Source: Nemertoderma westbladi (lineage: Eukaryota; Animalia; Xenacoelomorpha). From it: 64,000 nucleotides of DNA. This document shows, piece by piece, positions 1 through 11,902 of the stretch (the first letter of the stretch is position 1; every line of letters starts with the position of its first letter). Under the pieces are notes generated by a model. That model did not search any database and was not told the DNA's origin. It saw nothing but the letters and a program-made list of their open reading frames with translations. The stretch is from NCBI GenBank assembly GCA_032718475.1, contig JAUCBJ010000915.1, forward strand, positions 9,860 through 73,859, in the 5' to 3' direction. The translations under genes and the position numbers were made by a program.

Positions 1-2080
1 TGTAGAAATATGTTGTAATACAGCAACTGGAAAACATTTATATGATTTTGTTTATAATCATATAAGGGGAAATCGTCAGACTTCTTCCTGCCACATCTTA
101 TATGAATATTAATCGTATCGATACTTTCGGATTCAATGTCTTCAACTTGAACTTACGTACAACAGTTACAGTAGATGTAGAGGTTAACGTCCTATTATTA
201 TAAATTATAATATTCCACAAGATGAAATAATGGCTCAATTTCATTGTGTAATTGGCGGGCTTCAATTGATTTGAAAATTCGGTTTTCGACACGTTACAGT
301 AGTTATTACTGTAATTATGGTTTGTATTGTACATCTGTAGATAGTCGTGCATAGTGGTACATAGTCGTACATATTAGTAGGAATCATATATTTTATTCAA
401 TAATTTTATCATCATTACTGAACTCTGTTAGTATTATTTGAAATATTACATTGCACAGATATACAGTACATTCAGTAACTATAAGTATTGAGACTTTACA
501 TTTCAAGTTGTTTCTACTTGTTACTTTATTCTATTATTGTAAAAGCTTCTGTGGGATATAACTGGCCCCTTTTGCTTCGCAATCCAGTTTCCCCCCAGGC
601 GCTGGAATACTCTAAAAAGGTTCTCTAACTGTATATATATTCCCCTCGCCCGCAAGGTACCTTTACAGGTGTTTTAACGGACATAAAAGTCATTCTGCTA
701 TATACGTGTTTTGGCGGACATGGTAAGGCAAAAAACCTGTAATGCACCAACTACCTTTCACAGCTTAGCCGTGATGATTCATATTACGACATCTAACAGC
801 TGGTTGCTGACATGGAAACAGCCATTGGACGCATGGTTCTTTGTTTGGCTTGAGCCAATCAGAGCGATTTTTCCTGTCGACGTGTAGCTTTTCAGCCGAT
901 CATAAGGAGAGTGTTCAGTCTTACTGTTTTTTACTTGATACTTTGTTGTTATTGCTGTCTAAGCCAGAAACACCGGCCTTTTGGGAAGAACTCTAGTAAA
1001 CGGCTTGAATTATCGAAAGTATAAACTGTTACCTCAATAACTCACTAATTAACATGCTCACTTAATTTAATTGCATTAATCATATTGTTTGTACTGTTAT
1101 TTTACCGTCAGTTATTAATTGTACCTATTTGTTGATGGAAATATTGCTCTTTGGATAATACGGATAAATCACCCAAATTCCCAATTTTCTTGATACACTA
1201 CAGGTTAGAGAGACCGGCTATACATAACAATTGCGATTTATATTAATGTGGTGTGTATTGAATCCAATGTTATTTAGCAGACCCTACGTGAGTCAATTGC
1301 TGCTCTCTTTATGTGTGATCAAATATACTGACGGTCGGCAGAATAGTGTGTATGATTGTGATTGGTAACAAAGTATTTCCTAAAGAATACGCTTTATACT
1401 TCAATCATAAGCAGTATCGTTGCGTTTTAGTATAAGTCTTAGTTCTGTTTAAATAGATAAAGCGCCACGTCCTAAAGGAACTGTTAATATTTCCCGAAAG
1501 CCAATAATATCTGTCAGAGATTAATTATTAACGATCTATCGAATAATACAGTAGGTATACACTGCAACCTTACACTGCAATAATAAAATTTAAGCATCCG
1601 AATTCAGTCTCCCGGGTGTAGATCCATCGGGTGAATGATCGCGCATGGGCTGACTTCGGCTAGTGTTTTGCGTATTAGCATAAAATATTGTCGTATGCTA
1701 AAGTGGTTTTAATTAACTGAAAGACATATAAATTTTGGCAGGTTAAACTGCTAAAGGTCTTCAAAAGCGCGAACAGTAACAGTTTATAATCTTATTGCAG
1801 TAGGCAATAAGGTTGCAAAATACCGTAGTGACTGGTAAAGCTGAACCGGTGCTTCTGTAGGTCAGTAGGCCTAACTGTCATCACCGGTACCGGTACTGCT
1901 GTACAAGTACATTTAGTATTATTCGATTTTGATTATTGTATACCGGTAGGTCTCGATATTAAATCGGGGACGCCTGGTTTTTATTGGGATTTTACTTAGG
2001 TCTATTTCTGTCAGTTTTATTTACTAGTAGGCTAATATTGAGCAGAAGGCGTGTGACCCTGCTCAGATTGTTCAGATAAT

Positions 2081-2650
2081 TGTAGGCTGAGTTGCTGTCT
2101 GACTGTTGTTGAGTTTGGAGAGATTACGGCGTGTGTAGAGTTTGTCTGATAAAGTGCCGTTAGTAAGTTGGGGCAGCCATATGCGGTAAGGTCAATCCCC
2201 TCTTAAAGAATAAGTCGTACTACCGTGTTAGAACGCATACTAACTAACAGTTTCAGAGTCTGCATATACTGTAGTTTATTTAGGCTTGATCGTAGTCTGC
2301 CAGTGTTTTGGCCTGTGTTTGTTTGTGTGGTCTGTTCAGGTACCGTAATAGTTATTACTCAAATATTTGTAGGCTGGATTGTTGTCTGGCTATTTTTGGG
2401 TCTGAAGGGATTGCTGCGTGTGTAGAGTTGGTCTGATAAAGTGCCGTTAGTAAGTTGGGGCAGCCATATGCGGTAAGGTCAATCCCCTCTTAAAGAATAA
2501 GTCGTACTACCGTGTTAGAACGCATACTAACTAACAGTTTCAGAATCTGCACATACTGTAGTTTGTTTAGGCTTAATAGTAGTCTGCCAGCGTTTGGTTT
2601 GTATTTGTTTGAGTATTCTGTACGGGTAGCGTAATATTTATTATTCAGAG
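2081..2650 (+). repeat. Tandem duplication, 287-bp period, in the leader of copy 1
   Basis: gcgtgtgtagagtt..ctgataaagtgccgttagtaagttggggcagccatatgcgg.. at 2129 and 2416, with a near-identical core of about 150 bp. Confidence 0.9.
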
Positions 2651-3574
2651 TTTATGCGATTATTCGCAACATTCATGTCCCCAAGTTTATTCCTACAGTA
2701 ATTGTGCTTGTTATACATACCGTTATAGTTAAACTAACCCCGGTACTACATCAGGGCTGCTTGGCGTAGGTAAAGACTGACGACTTTGTGCTTCGGTCAC
2801 TCCAGCAGATGCCGTGGTTCTTTTAACTGTTCAAGTATATTTAACTACTGATTATTTGTTATACCGGTACTTGTACCTAATTTAGGGTTTAGTGTACAGT
2901 GCTTTCCGAAGTAATTAGTGTAGGCAGTATATTTGTGTTGTAAAGTGGTTGATAGGCACATTCGTTAGCTCTATTAGCTTCTGGGTAGGAACAATCCGTG
3001 ATACATAACGTAGTACCTATAGCGATACGGTTATAGGTCGTCAGGCGGTGGTATTTTCCTATCTGGACAGTACAATATATTTACTACTACTTATTATTTC
3101 AAATACCGTAGTACCCTGTCCGTTGTAATAACCAGAATTCTAACCCTTTGTTAGGCTGGTTGTAGACTTCCTGTAAAATTACCCTAAAAAATTCGTACGT
3201 AATATTTTTGTTGTGTTTAATTAGAGAATTAATCTCACCCGTATCGTAAGTAATTTGTAGTATTAAGTAACTTAGGTAAATTAGAATTATCAGTTTTAGT
3301 GTCAAATAAATAGCACTTCACTGAGAGCGCACAGCTTCTGTGTAGTGACCCCCCAGAAATAATAACATTTATTTCAAATATTGACAAAAAACCCATTTAA
3401 ACGGGTATATAAATATTATAAATCAAATCAAACGATTTATAAATAGTAGGCCTGCCATACGACAACTAGGTCTCACTATCAGTTGGACTACTGCTTAAAT
3501 AACGGTAATAAAGTAAGTTAAAGTAACTAAGTAACCCTAAAATATTCAGGAATTCAATTATTCTAAAAATAATT

Positions 3575-3870
3575 GACATACCGGTACTTACCAAGGCTTA
3601 TTATATTTATCTCTATAAATTTGAGCTGAAATCATACCGGTACTCTGTCATTAATTCTAGTTCATAATTATACTTACATGCTGTAAGTGTAAGCTGTATA
3701 CCGGTATTCATTATAGGCCTACTATATATATATATATATTTGTGCTAAAATTATATACCGGTACTCTGTGACAAATCTAGTCTGTAATAATACTTATATA
3801 TTATAAGCATACCGGTATTCTAATATATTGTGTATATATCACGTTACACCGAGTAACGGTACCGGTAATA
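3575..3870 (+). repeat. Degenerate ~60-bp periodic repeats carrying ATACCGGTA, plus a (TA)n tract
   Basis: (a)taccggta recurs at about 3578, 3634, 3698, 3755, 3809 and 3860; TA tract at 3723-3739. Confidence 0.6.
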
Positions 3871-3955
3871 AATCGCTAGGCTTGCGGTCATACTGAATTA
3901 CTAGACTTGCTTTAACTGAAACTATAGTAGTAGACATTCAACTGTATAACTAAAC

Positions 3956-6900
3956 ATGTCTGACACTCAGCAAAACCTGTCGGACAGTCTGATCGATACA
4001 ACTATCTGTGATTCAGATAGGAGTGTGGAGCGAATAAGAAAGGAGTTCGGCTCACCTCCTACTGTAAAAAAGGTCATCCCTCCAGTAGTATCAGACCCTA
4101 GGCTAGTCCACCATAGGTCCATCATAGGCACTCGGGCACAGGTAAAACGGGACCAAGAGGCAGTTGTCTTATCGCAGCAACATCTTGGTCAAGAACCTAC
4201 TTCCCAGCGACCCGATAGCTCCAGCAGTTCGGATACTGTAGAGCTGACTCCCGAACATGGAGTGCAGATGTCTGATACAGTCTACTCGGACCCCCTTCTT
4301 ACTCTTCCTGCTGCAGTGCTAACTACTATATTCATTGCGGTGGAAGAACATCAAGCCGACTGGGCGAAGAATAAGCAAGCGACCCAAGATAATTACGCGG
4401 GATACGCCAGGGAAGAATTGATATCTATTGTTGAATCACAATGGAACTTTCCCGGACTCGGACTTCCGTTGGATATGTCCGAGGCTACTTGGGAAGATAT
4501 ACACAGGATGGGAGTGGCTAAAGATACAATGGATCCAGCTGTTTGGAAGAGGTCGGCAGCAGGATATGTGCAGGGATTCTTCGGATCCTTGGAGCGATTG
4601 GAAGAACAACTGTTTCGACAACCTCACGGACCTCAAGAGCAGGAAGAGCTGCTATACCAAGTACGCGAAAGAACCCTACGCATTCGACTAATCCTCTCAG
4701 CCTTTGAGGAAACTTCCAAAAGAAGACAGGACACGTCGCTGCAGGTTGCTGTCAAAACTTGGCTACATCGGGTAGATCTCAAAGTACAGGAAACAGCCCA
4801 GTGGAAATCCCAGCTGGCTGAGAGATCAACCTATGAAGAACCAACTGATGTCACCGAACCAACTGATGTCACCCTTGCTCAAGCGGAAAGCGAAGAGGCC
4901 GCCGAGAAACCGCGAACTAGAGACGCTATCGACATTTATTTGTCCGACTATCAGCGATTCCTAGGAGACGAAGAGTTGAGGAGACGGCTGTCTGGACTTT
5001 CCCCTAATAGTGAAGGAACCAAGCTTGTGTTGGACTCAATCGATGCCGAAATGTTAGCTGCAAACCAAGCTGAATGTGATGAAAAACTCCGCCTCACTAG
5101 AGTCCGAGAAGAACAAATAAAGAAAAGAAGGATAGAGGAACAAAAGGCGGCGGCTATGGCGGCGGCTATGGCAGAAGCAGAAGTAGAAAGAAAGGCAGCG
5201 GCGGCAGAAGTAGAAGCAAAAGGAAGGGCAGCGGCGGCAGAAGCAAAGGTGGCAAAGGCAGTGGCAGAAGCAGAAAGGAGAGCATCTGAGCAGACTACCC
5301 AACTGGAGTTGGAGAATCTGCAAGAGACACAAGACAGTATAAATAAACAGTTTACTGCTAATCAAATGCAGATGATGAGAAAATCTACTCCCAAGCGCCA
5401 GGGGTACACATCCTCGGAGGAAGGCGATACTACCGACCCTGAAGGCGGAGGAAATAGATCTCATCTAAGTAGGCGTAGAAAAACATATTACCGTCGCAAA
5501 TTGCCTGATTTGCCCCCAGCTGTTAAAAGACAGCTAACTAGCACAGATTTAGGTAGTGCAGAACCCATAGAACAATTTATCCAGGTCAAAAGACTCCCTA
5601 CTATAGTCGATGAACCTGAAATAATTAGGCCTGTAGTTCCCAAAGTCACTTCTGTGCTAGAGACCCCTACACTTCCAGAGCTTAACTCTAAATTCCCTTT
5701 ACATAGCACTACACTGCCTGTACCCGGTGGAACAGTCCATGCAAATACCCCTGTCCAGATAGCAGAGAGAGAAATCAATAATTTGTCTCCCGTCGTCCCG
5801 CGTCAGCCCGCTACTATGTTGGCGACTCCCGCTTCGGCGGTTGAGTGGGTGGAAGAGGGACGGCGGGGGATGAATCTCCTGCTAGGACAGATGCAGGAGA
5901 CTGTCCACCAACTTAAGGGAACAGTGAGGGAAGGTAGAGCAGAGTTGCAAGAAGTGCAGCAAAGTATCGCGCTAGAACGCGACAAATTAGTCAATATACA
6001 AAAAGGCATACCAATGCCCCCTGTAACATTGTGTCAACCCGTTAGGTCTGAAGTATTACATGCGCAAGGTGTGGAGCCTACACGCATCTATACTGCTAGT
6101 GAAGTTGAAACTCCTATAGCAAACCCTATTAAGGGTGATTATAGACCTGTTATTAATGATATTCCCTATAGACCTGATAATGATCCGAGAAATTTGTATA
6201 CCGATAATTCGATATTAAATAACACGATGGCCCAAGAAAGCTTTACGCGTCAGATGGCTAGAACAGAAGCCCGCCAAGCGGTCAAAGTGGGAGAGATCGT
6301 CAAATTCAATGGAGATGAGATGAAATGGTTACCTTTCAACGAATATTACAAAGATAGCATACAGAATTCTGTACTATCCAACGGAGAGAAACTTAGATTC
6401 CTCATCAAGTGTTTGGAAGGACCTCCCAAGTTAATGGCGTTAAAGTTTATTGGACATCCAGATGGATTAAGACAAGTTTGGGATACATTAAACATCAGGT
6501 ATGGTAACAAAGATAACATAGCTAAGTATTTGTATGCAAAATTAGTAGCCCCCCGACACTTCCTTAGTAGTGGGATTATAGAGTTTTCCGATGAAATTCA
6601 AGAGATCTGTAGACAACTGGACTGGTTAGGTAAGTCGCACGAATACCAGAGTTCCATGGTTATTGGAGCCGTAGTCTCTACTTTACCAAAGGGTGGAGTA
6701 TGTACACGCTGGGACAAGAAAGTGTTGTACATGAATGAACAACAACGACGAAGTCCAACCATGGCTGATCTCATGTCTTTCTTAGATGGTGAAGTCAAAT
6801 TACAACTCATCAAGCAGTCCAGAGAGAAAACATCGGAAAATAAGGTAAGTGAGAAACCTACTTCTAGGAGAAGAGTAACACCGGTGTGTTACACTGACGA

Positions 6901-8755
6901 CGGCGAAAGCCAAGCTTCCCAAGAAGAGGACAGCGGGAAAGATACAGATAGATCGTATTATGTTGACAAAACCTCCAAGGACGTAAGTAAATACAAAGCT
7001 CGAACCAATAATAGGAGAGAACAAGTTACTAAGACCCCTCCTCAGTCTCCTAGCAGAATGCGCGGAAGAAAGCCCGAAGAAAGAACGAGAGTGCATCAGA
7101 CTACCCAGGGTAAAGTAAGTAACATAAAACCTAACTGTGCGCTGTGTGACGGGACCCACCGTTTGAGTGCGTGTGCGGAATTTCTAAAGAAATCCCTTGT
7201 AGACAGACGTACAGTTGTGTGGGACAAGCGGTTATGTTATAATTGCCTCAGACCAGGACACCAACGGCGAACCTGTTACTCCGACATAAAGTGTGAAAAG
7301 TGTGGTGCGAAACATCACATCTTGTTACATAGTGAGTTCGAACGAGACAAGCCGAGTCAGGTAAGTGAGTCCGAACTACATGTCCAATTCAGTGATGTAA
7401 ACGACACTGATCAGGAGTCTGAGATGGAAGGATTCTATACTGACGAATTCTCCGACGCCAATGAATCCTGTTATCTAATAAACACCACGGTGTATCGAGC
7501 ACTTACTTACGAAAAGGATATCAACGAGGAGTTCCCCCCTACTACTTTTGCCAAACAATTATCTTGGAAAGCTCCAACTTCCAACGTAGGAATTAGAGAA
7601 TTTCCTGTAGTTCAGGTAAGAGTTCACGGTAATAACAAAAGCTACATAGTGAACGCCCTACTTGACTCAGGCAGCACAGGAACATTCATAGATCAAGAGC
7701 TAGCCGAAGATATCTTTGCTGGACAACCCAAGTTCCGGACTAAATTGAATATGTCAGGAATTATGCAGGTTTGGAAATCTACCCTGACGGTAGATTACTA
7801 TGTAGGTGTGTTGTCCACCCCCCAGGATAAGTTAGGAACGCAAGGTGTAAGGTCAGTAAAAATGGTGGCTATAAAGAACTTCGCTACTACCCAAGCAGAC
7901 CTTTACAATTGGGACGAGGATGAGAGCATCCAACATCTTAAGATACCTCGATTCCAGACAGATTATCCTGGAGTGCAAATACTCATCGGCCAAAACGCAC
8001 ACGAAGCGCTTGAGACATTGGAGAAACGGCCTGCTCAACCACAGCCACTGCAAACTTATGCGGTAAGAACTAGAGTAGGTTGGTACTTTACTGGCCCTTC
8101 CCGTAGAACTCTAGAAGAGAGAATGCCCCACGAACAAATATATCAGGTAAGTGATTGGGAAGAGGAAAGCAGTGAGGTGGACGAACTAACTGAGGGAACA
8201 CCATACTCCTCGGATAATGACGACATCTACCAACTCTTCGAAGAAGAGAACACATTTGACCTACTTACCGAAAACCAAACTTGGAAAAACCAAACGAACC
8301 TATGTCAACTGATTCGCCCAACGGAATCCATTATTTATAATGACGAACTTAATGACGAGGTAGAGCGCTACAACGCTAGAACTCGGGACGAACTCGCCGT
8401 ACGATTCTTTACCCAAGAATTGGTAGAACCCAATTCATACGACAAAGCCCTGTCAATAGAAGAAGAAAGAGCCAAGCAAATCCAGGAAACAACTACACGT
8501 TTTTTAAAAGATCAAGGTAGACTACTGAGATGTTCTACGAATCTGGGTATATCCTTAGACAATCATAATAAAGATGGATTGATGATAAAACCTGATTATA
8601 ACACCCCCTATGGGTCCATAATTAGAGGAAATCCAGTCAAGCACATAACTGATATATATACTTTACTGCTTAATTTAGAATGCCCCCCCCCCCCCCCCCC
8701 CCCCCCTCCCCCACCTTCTTCCAATCTATCATGCGACGCTAATTATTCTAAATAA
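3956..8755 (+). CDS. Bel/Pao Gag-protease polyprotein, truncated before RT; last ~78 codons read through unrelated DNA
   Basis: DUF1759-like Gag (KFNGDEMKWLPF...LSNGEKLRFLIKCLEGPP); three Cys/His knuckles (CALCDGTHRLSAC, CYNCLRPGHQRRTC, CEKCGAKHHILLH); aspartic protease LLDSGSTGTF; GWYFTGPSR shared with copy 3. Similarity to copy 3 ends at TTRFLKDQGR (~8520), where copy 3 continues TTRKLLPDGHYEMGLLW. Confidence 0.9.
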   Translation: MSDTQQNLSDSLIDTTICDSDRSVERIRKEFGSPPTVKKVIPPVVSDPRLVHHRSIIGTRAQVKRDQEAVVLSQQHLGQEPTSQRPDSSSSSDTVELTPEHGVQMSDTVYSDPLLTLPAAVLTTIFIAVEEHQADWAKNKQATQDNYAGYAREELISIVESQWNFPGLGLPLDMSEATWEDIHRMGVAKDTMDPAVWKRSAAGYVQGFFGSLERLEEQLFRQPHGPQEQEELLYQVRERTLRIRLILSAFEETSKRRQDTSLQVAVKTWLHRVDLKVQETAQWKSQLAERSTYEEPTDVTEPTDVTLAQAESEEAAEKPRTRDAIDIYLSDYQRFLGDEELRRRLSGLSPNSEGTKLVLDSIDAEMLAANQAECDEKLRLTRVREEQIKKRRIEEQKAAAMAAAMAEAEVERKAAAAEVEAKGRAAAAEAKVAKAVAEAERRASEQTTQLELENLQETQDSINKQFTANQMQMMRKSTPKRQGYTSSEEGDTTDPEGGGNRSHLSRRRKTYYRRKLPDLPPAVKRQLTSTDLGSAEPIEQFIQVKRLPTIVDEPEIIRPVVPKVTSVLETPTLPELNSKFPLHSTTLPVPGGTVHANTPVQIAEREINNLSPVVPRQPATMLATPASAVEWVEEGRRGMNLLLGQMQETVHQLKGTVREGRAELQEVQQSIALERDKLVNIQKGIPMPPVTLCQPVRSEVLHAQGVEPTRIYTASEVETPIANPIKGDYRPVINDIPYRPDNDPRNLYTDNSILNNTMAQESFTRQMARTEARQAVKVGEIVKFNGDEMKWLPFNEYYKDSIQNSVLSNGEKLRFLIKCLEGPPKLMALKFIGHPDGLRQVWDTLNIRYGNKDNIAKYLYAKLVAPRHFLSSGIIEFSDEIQEICRQLDWLGKSHEYQSSMVIGAVVSTLPKGGVCTRWDKKVLYMNEQQRRSPTMADLMSFLDGEVKLQLIKQSREKTSENKVSEKPTSRRRVTPVCYTDDGESQASQEEDSGKDTDRSYYVDKTSKDVSKYKARTNNRREQVTKTPPQSPSRMRGRKPEERTRVHQTTQGKVSNIKPNCALCDGTHRLSACAEFLKKSLVDRRTVVWDKRLCYNCLRPGHQRRTCYSDIKCEKCGAKHHILLHSEFERDKPSQVSESELHVQFSDVNDTDQESEMEGFYTDEFSDANESCYLINTTVYRALTYEKDINEEFPPTTFAKQLSWKAPTSNVGIREFPVVQVRVHGNNKSYIVNALLDSGSTGTFIDQELAEDIFAGQPKFRTKLNMSGIMQVWKSTLTVDYYVGVLSTPQDKLGTQGVRSVKMVAIKNFATTQADLYNWDEDESIQHLKIPRFQTDYPGVQILIGQNAHEALETLEKRPAQPQPLQTYAVRTRVGWYFTGPSRRTLEERMPHEQIYQVSDWEEESSEVDELTEGTPYSSDNDDIYQLFEEENTFDLLTENQTWKNQTNLCQLIRPTESIIYNDELNDEVERYNARTRDELAVRFFTQELVEPNSYDKALSIEEERAKQIQETTTRFLKDQGRLLRCSTNLGISLDNHNKDGLMIKPDYNTPYGSIIRGNPVKHITDIYTLLLNLECPPPPPPPPPPPSSNLSCDANYSK

Positions 8756-9917
8756 TAATTATGCAACGGTCAGTAATGGTTGACCGATGCGCCTGTAAAT
8801 AGCCTCTCGTCAACAAGTCAACCCCACCGACTACCGGTACTGGCTGTTTTTGCTGACGGGGCTCTGTCGAGTGTCGAACAACGCGTCCCTGATAGCAGTA
8901 AAGGGGGTCTCTTTAATGAGGGGCAGTATCATTATTGCCGCGGAACTGCCCCAACTCATCACCTCTCCCACTCTCGGTCTCCAACGAAAATGAACATAAA
9001 ATCAACATACACCAACCCGCTACCCTACCCCACACCGCGACACCCACCCACACCTACGATCTGAAAGATTGTACCCAATACAAAAAAACAGGATAAGTTG
9101 AATCATACAAACTAAAGCGGTAAGCTTGCAAGACGAATGCATGATCCACTGAGAATATCGGTCATAATCTCACCTCATAACTAAACTAAAACGTACATAC
9201 ATATTTACGGGACCTAATTGTACCAAGTCATTATGAGGTCGTCCTACATTATTGCTTGTATCGGTACAATTAAGTTCCCTCATGGGACCTACCCAATAAC
9301 GGAGACCCACGCCTTGGGCCTGGTTGCCAGTAATGGGACACGTTGTGGGGTCTTCGAGCAGCACGTGTTAAAATGTTCAATGACTGAGCAGCGACTAATT
9401 AACAAATTTATGAGGGATTCATTGACCAGCTACAGACAGATCAATATTGTAACATATATTTTAGTTTAATGTTTGATTCAATTAAAGGCACAAATTAAAA
9501 AGGCTGCAAATATATTGGGGTGAATAATTAAATTAGTCACCCATTAAAAGGTAGCCAATTATAAGTTGCAATCTATATAAATTTTTAAATTCAGTAGTGT
9601 GCGTGTGTTGTGTATTGATTCCGTAGATTTCATGTTGAAATAGCGTTCATTAACTTAATTTCTATTTAATTATTCAGGCATACTAATACCCACTTTAAAT
9701 TAGTTCGTGTGTGTTAAGTGTGTAAGATTTGATTGTTTTGGCACGAACCCATTAGGGCACAGAAACTGACGGATTCTTCGCGAATCTCGCAAACGTCGCG
9801 AATTTCGCAAACGTCGCAAACTTCGGTAATTTTTTCTACAATTTTGACTCCTTAAGCAAAAGTGTCCCGAATGAGTTTTTTAACTTTTATTTCTTTGTGA
9901 TTTTGATTGCTTTTTTA

Positions 9918-10154
9918 TATTAGTGAATGTTCTAGAACCTTAGTAGATTTTTTATGGTATATAGCTAGTATTTTTTACTAGCTAGTAATTTTTGGAAATT
10001 ATTTTGGTCATTAATATATTCTTCAACAGTTTAACCTGAAATATCATGGACTTTCACATTTTTTATAATTTCTAAAAATACTAGCTAGCAAAAAACACTA
10101 CCGGTAGCTATCATAAAGAACATATCTACTAATGTTCTAGAACTTTCACCAATA
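9918..10154. repeat. Inverted repeat (~75-bp arms), MITE-like
   Basis: tattagtgaatgttctagaaccttagtagat..tagctag..ggaaatt pairs with aatttcta..ctagctag..atctactaatgttctagaactttcaccaata. Confidence 0.7.
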
Positions 10155-10489
10155 ACAAAAAAATTTAAAAACTCTAAAAAAGGATTGGTGAAGAATGGCT
10201 GGGGTGTCGACAGGGCGAAGTAGGGACCGTGTTGCTTAACCCCTTAGAGCCTATGACGTCCAGTGCATGTCACCATGGACAACACTAAGACATGCAGTGG
10301 ACGTCATGCTGCAATACATGTTTTATTGGAAGGCTCTTGGTCTAGGTATACTGGTGGATAGTATTAAAGACATTTAGTGCTCTTCATGGCAAAAAATCCA
10401 TTCTGTACTGTAGATAGGATAGGCTTTATTGTAGACTGTATTATCAATGTTAGGTATATGGCGTAATGCCAACCACAGTACAGTAGTAC

Positions 10490-10890
10490 AGACTGACAGT
10501 AAGACCGACAGACAGACAGACTGGATTTATGTAAACGTGTAAACTGACATCAGAAATGAAATCAGCAACCCTTAACACCCCCATAACGAGAATGTTAGTT
10601 AGTTTGTATTCTTTTTAAAGTTTTGACAGACTGACTGACTGACAGAAAGACCGACAGTCCGACAAACTAGATTAATGTAAACCTGAAAACTGACATCAGA
10701 AATGAAATCAGCACCCCTTAAAACCCCCATAGCGAGAATGTTAGTTAATTTGAATTATTTTTTATGTTTTGACAGACTGACTAACAGAATTACCGACAGA
10801 CAGACAGACTAGATTTATGTAAACGTGAAAACTGACATCAGAAATGTAATCAGCACCCCTTAAAACCCCCACAGCGAGAATGTTAGCGAC
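10490..10890 (+). repeat. Three ~145-bp tandem repeats with (GACA/GACT)n microsatellite; DINE-1/Helentron-associated-like architecture
   Basis: aactgacatcagaaatg.aatcagca recurs at about 10542, 10688 and 10830, each preceded by gacagacagact runs. Confidence 0.7.
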
Positions 10891-11902
10891 ACGTTTTAAT
10901 TATTAACCATATTTCGTAAGATATATTTCATCATCGTGTCTGCACGGTATTTCACATAGCGCCCCATTTGGTGATCTCCAGTGAATGTTTGGATTTGACC
11001 TGACCAAATTGGTTTACTACGGAAGATCCGCAGTGGGCACACCTGAGCGGGTGTGGGCCACTCGGACTAGGACTTTGTAATTGTTTTGCAAATATTGGGA
11101 CCATGCATTTTCTAACTTACAGGTTTCGTTGCATTGCTTGGATCAAACTTATCCTGTATTCTATAATGCGTGGTATTTTACTCTCCGACATCGGTAGAGG
11201 TGAAGAGGTGTGTTGTTGGTCTGCCTCTGCGTCATTGGGGCGGGGGGGGAGGGGGGGGGGGGGGGTGTATTGGGGCAAGTGTCAGATTCATCTATTCGTG
11301 TTGATGGTTGGTGAGGATTCTACTTCTGGCTAGGTCTGGCCTAGAGTAGAAGCAGTTCCGCGGCAATAATAATATTGCTCCTCAAAAGAGGGCCCTTACT
11401 GCATCAGGGACGCGTTTTTCGACAGAGCCCCGTCAGCTGAAACAGCCAGTGCCGCTAGTCGGTGGGGTTGACTTGTTGACGAGAGGCTATTATGAGGCGC
11501 AATGGGATACGCATTGCGTATCTCCTTCTGTCAACCAATACTGGCCTAAGATATATTTTTAAACATTTATTTATTAATAATGCAATAACTGAATAACCAG
11601 ATAACGGAAAGACAAATCGAATTGAAACTTTTAATTACTAATAATAATTGTGGTGAGAGGTGATTGGAAATCAAGCATATATGTTATGTTATGGTAGGCA
11701 CAGGCAAATGAATTGATGTCTGTTGAGATGTATTGAAGGAGCACTATTCCTTCTACTAGACTACTACAGGTTAGGCCATGTCCTTGTGTGCTAGCCTAGG
11801 CACTGGCTTGGTCAATGACTTTAGCTTTAGCTGCCATTTTAGTAATGTACAACTTCAAGAAATATTATTGGGCACGGCTGCCCTTGTTCATGCCTTGTTG
11901 TC

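Larger units (their letters stand above)
670..8521 (+). mobile_element. Bel/Pao LTR retrotransposon copy 1, 3'-truncated after protease (5' boundary/LTR not defined)
   Basis: Gag-protease ORF at 3956 with a long non-coding leader. The leader has a (TA)n tract about 220 bp before the ATG, as in copy 3. No second LTR is present to fix the left boundary, so the start is a guess. Confidence 0.55.
8789..11500. mobile_element. Non-autonomous element with ~170-bp imperfect terminal inverted repeats (possibly Academ-like TAG...CTA ends)
   Basis: 8789-8948 (gcgcct..tagcctctcgtcaacaagtcaaccccaccgac..attattgccgcggaactgc) is the reverse complement of 11352-11500. No clear TSD. Confidence 0.65.

Noticed and set aside
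2780-2820. Hammerhead ribozyme cores (CTGACGA here; CTGATGA at ~38465)
   Set aside because: No properly placed GAAA and stems.
10236-10310. piggyBac MITE left end (TTAA CCCCTT + palindrome)
   Set aside because: No matching right end found, so no element could be delimited.
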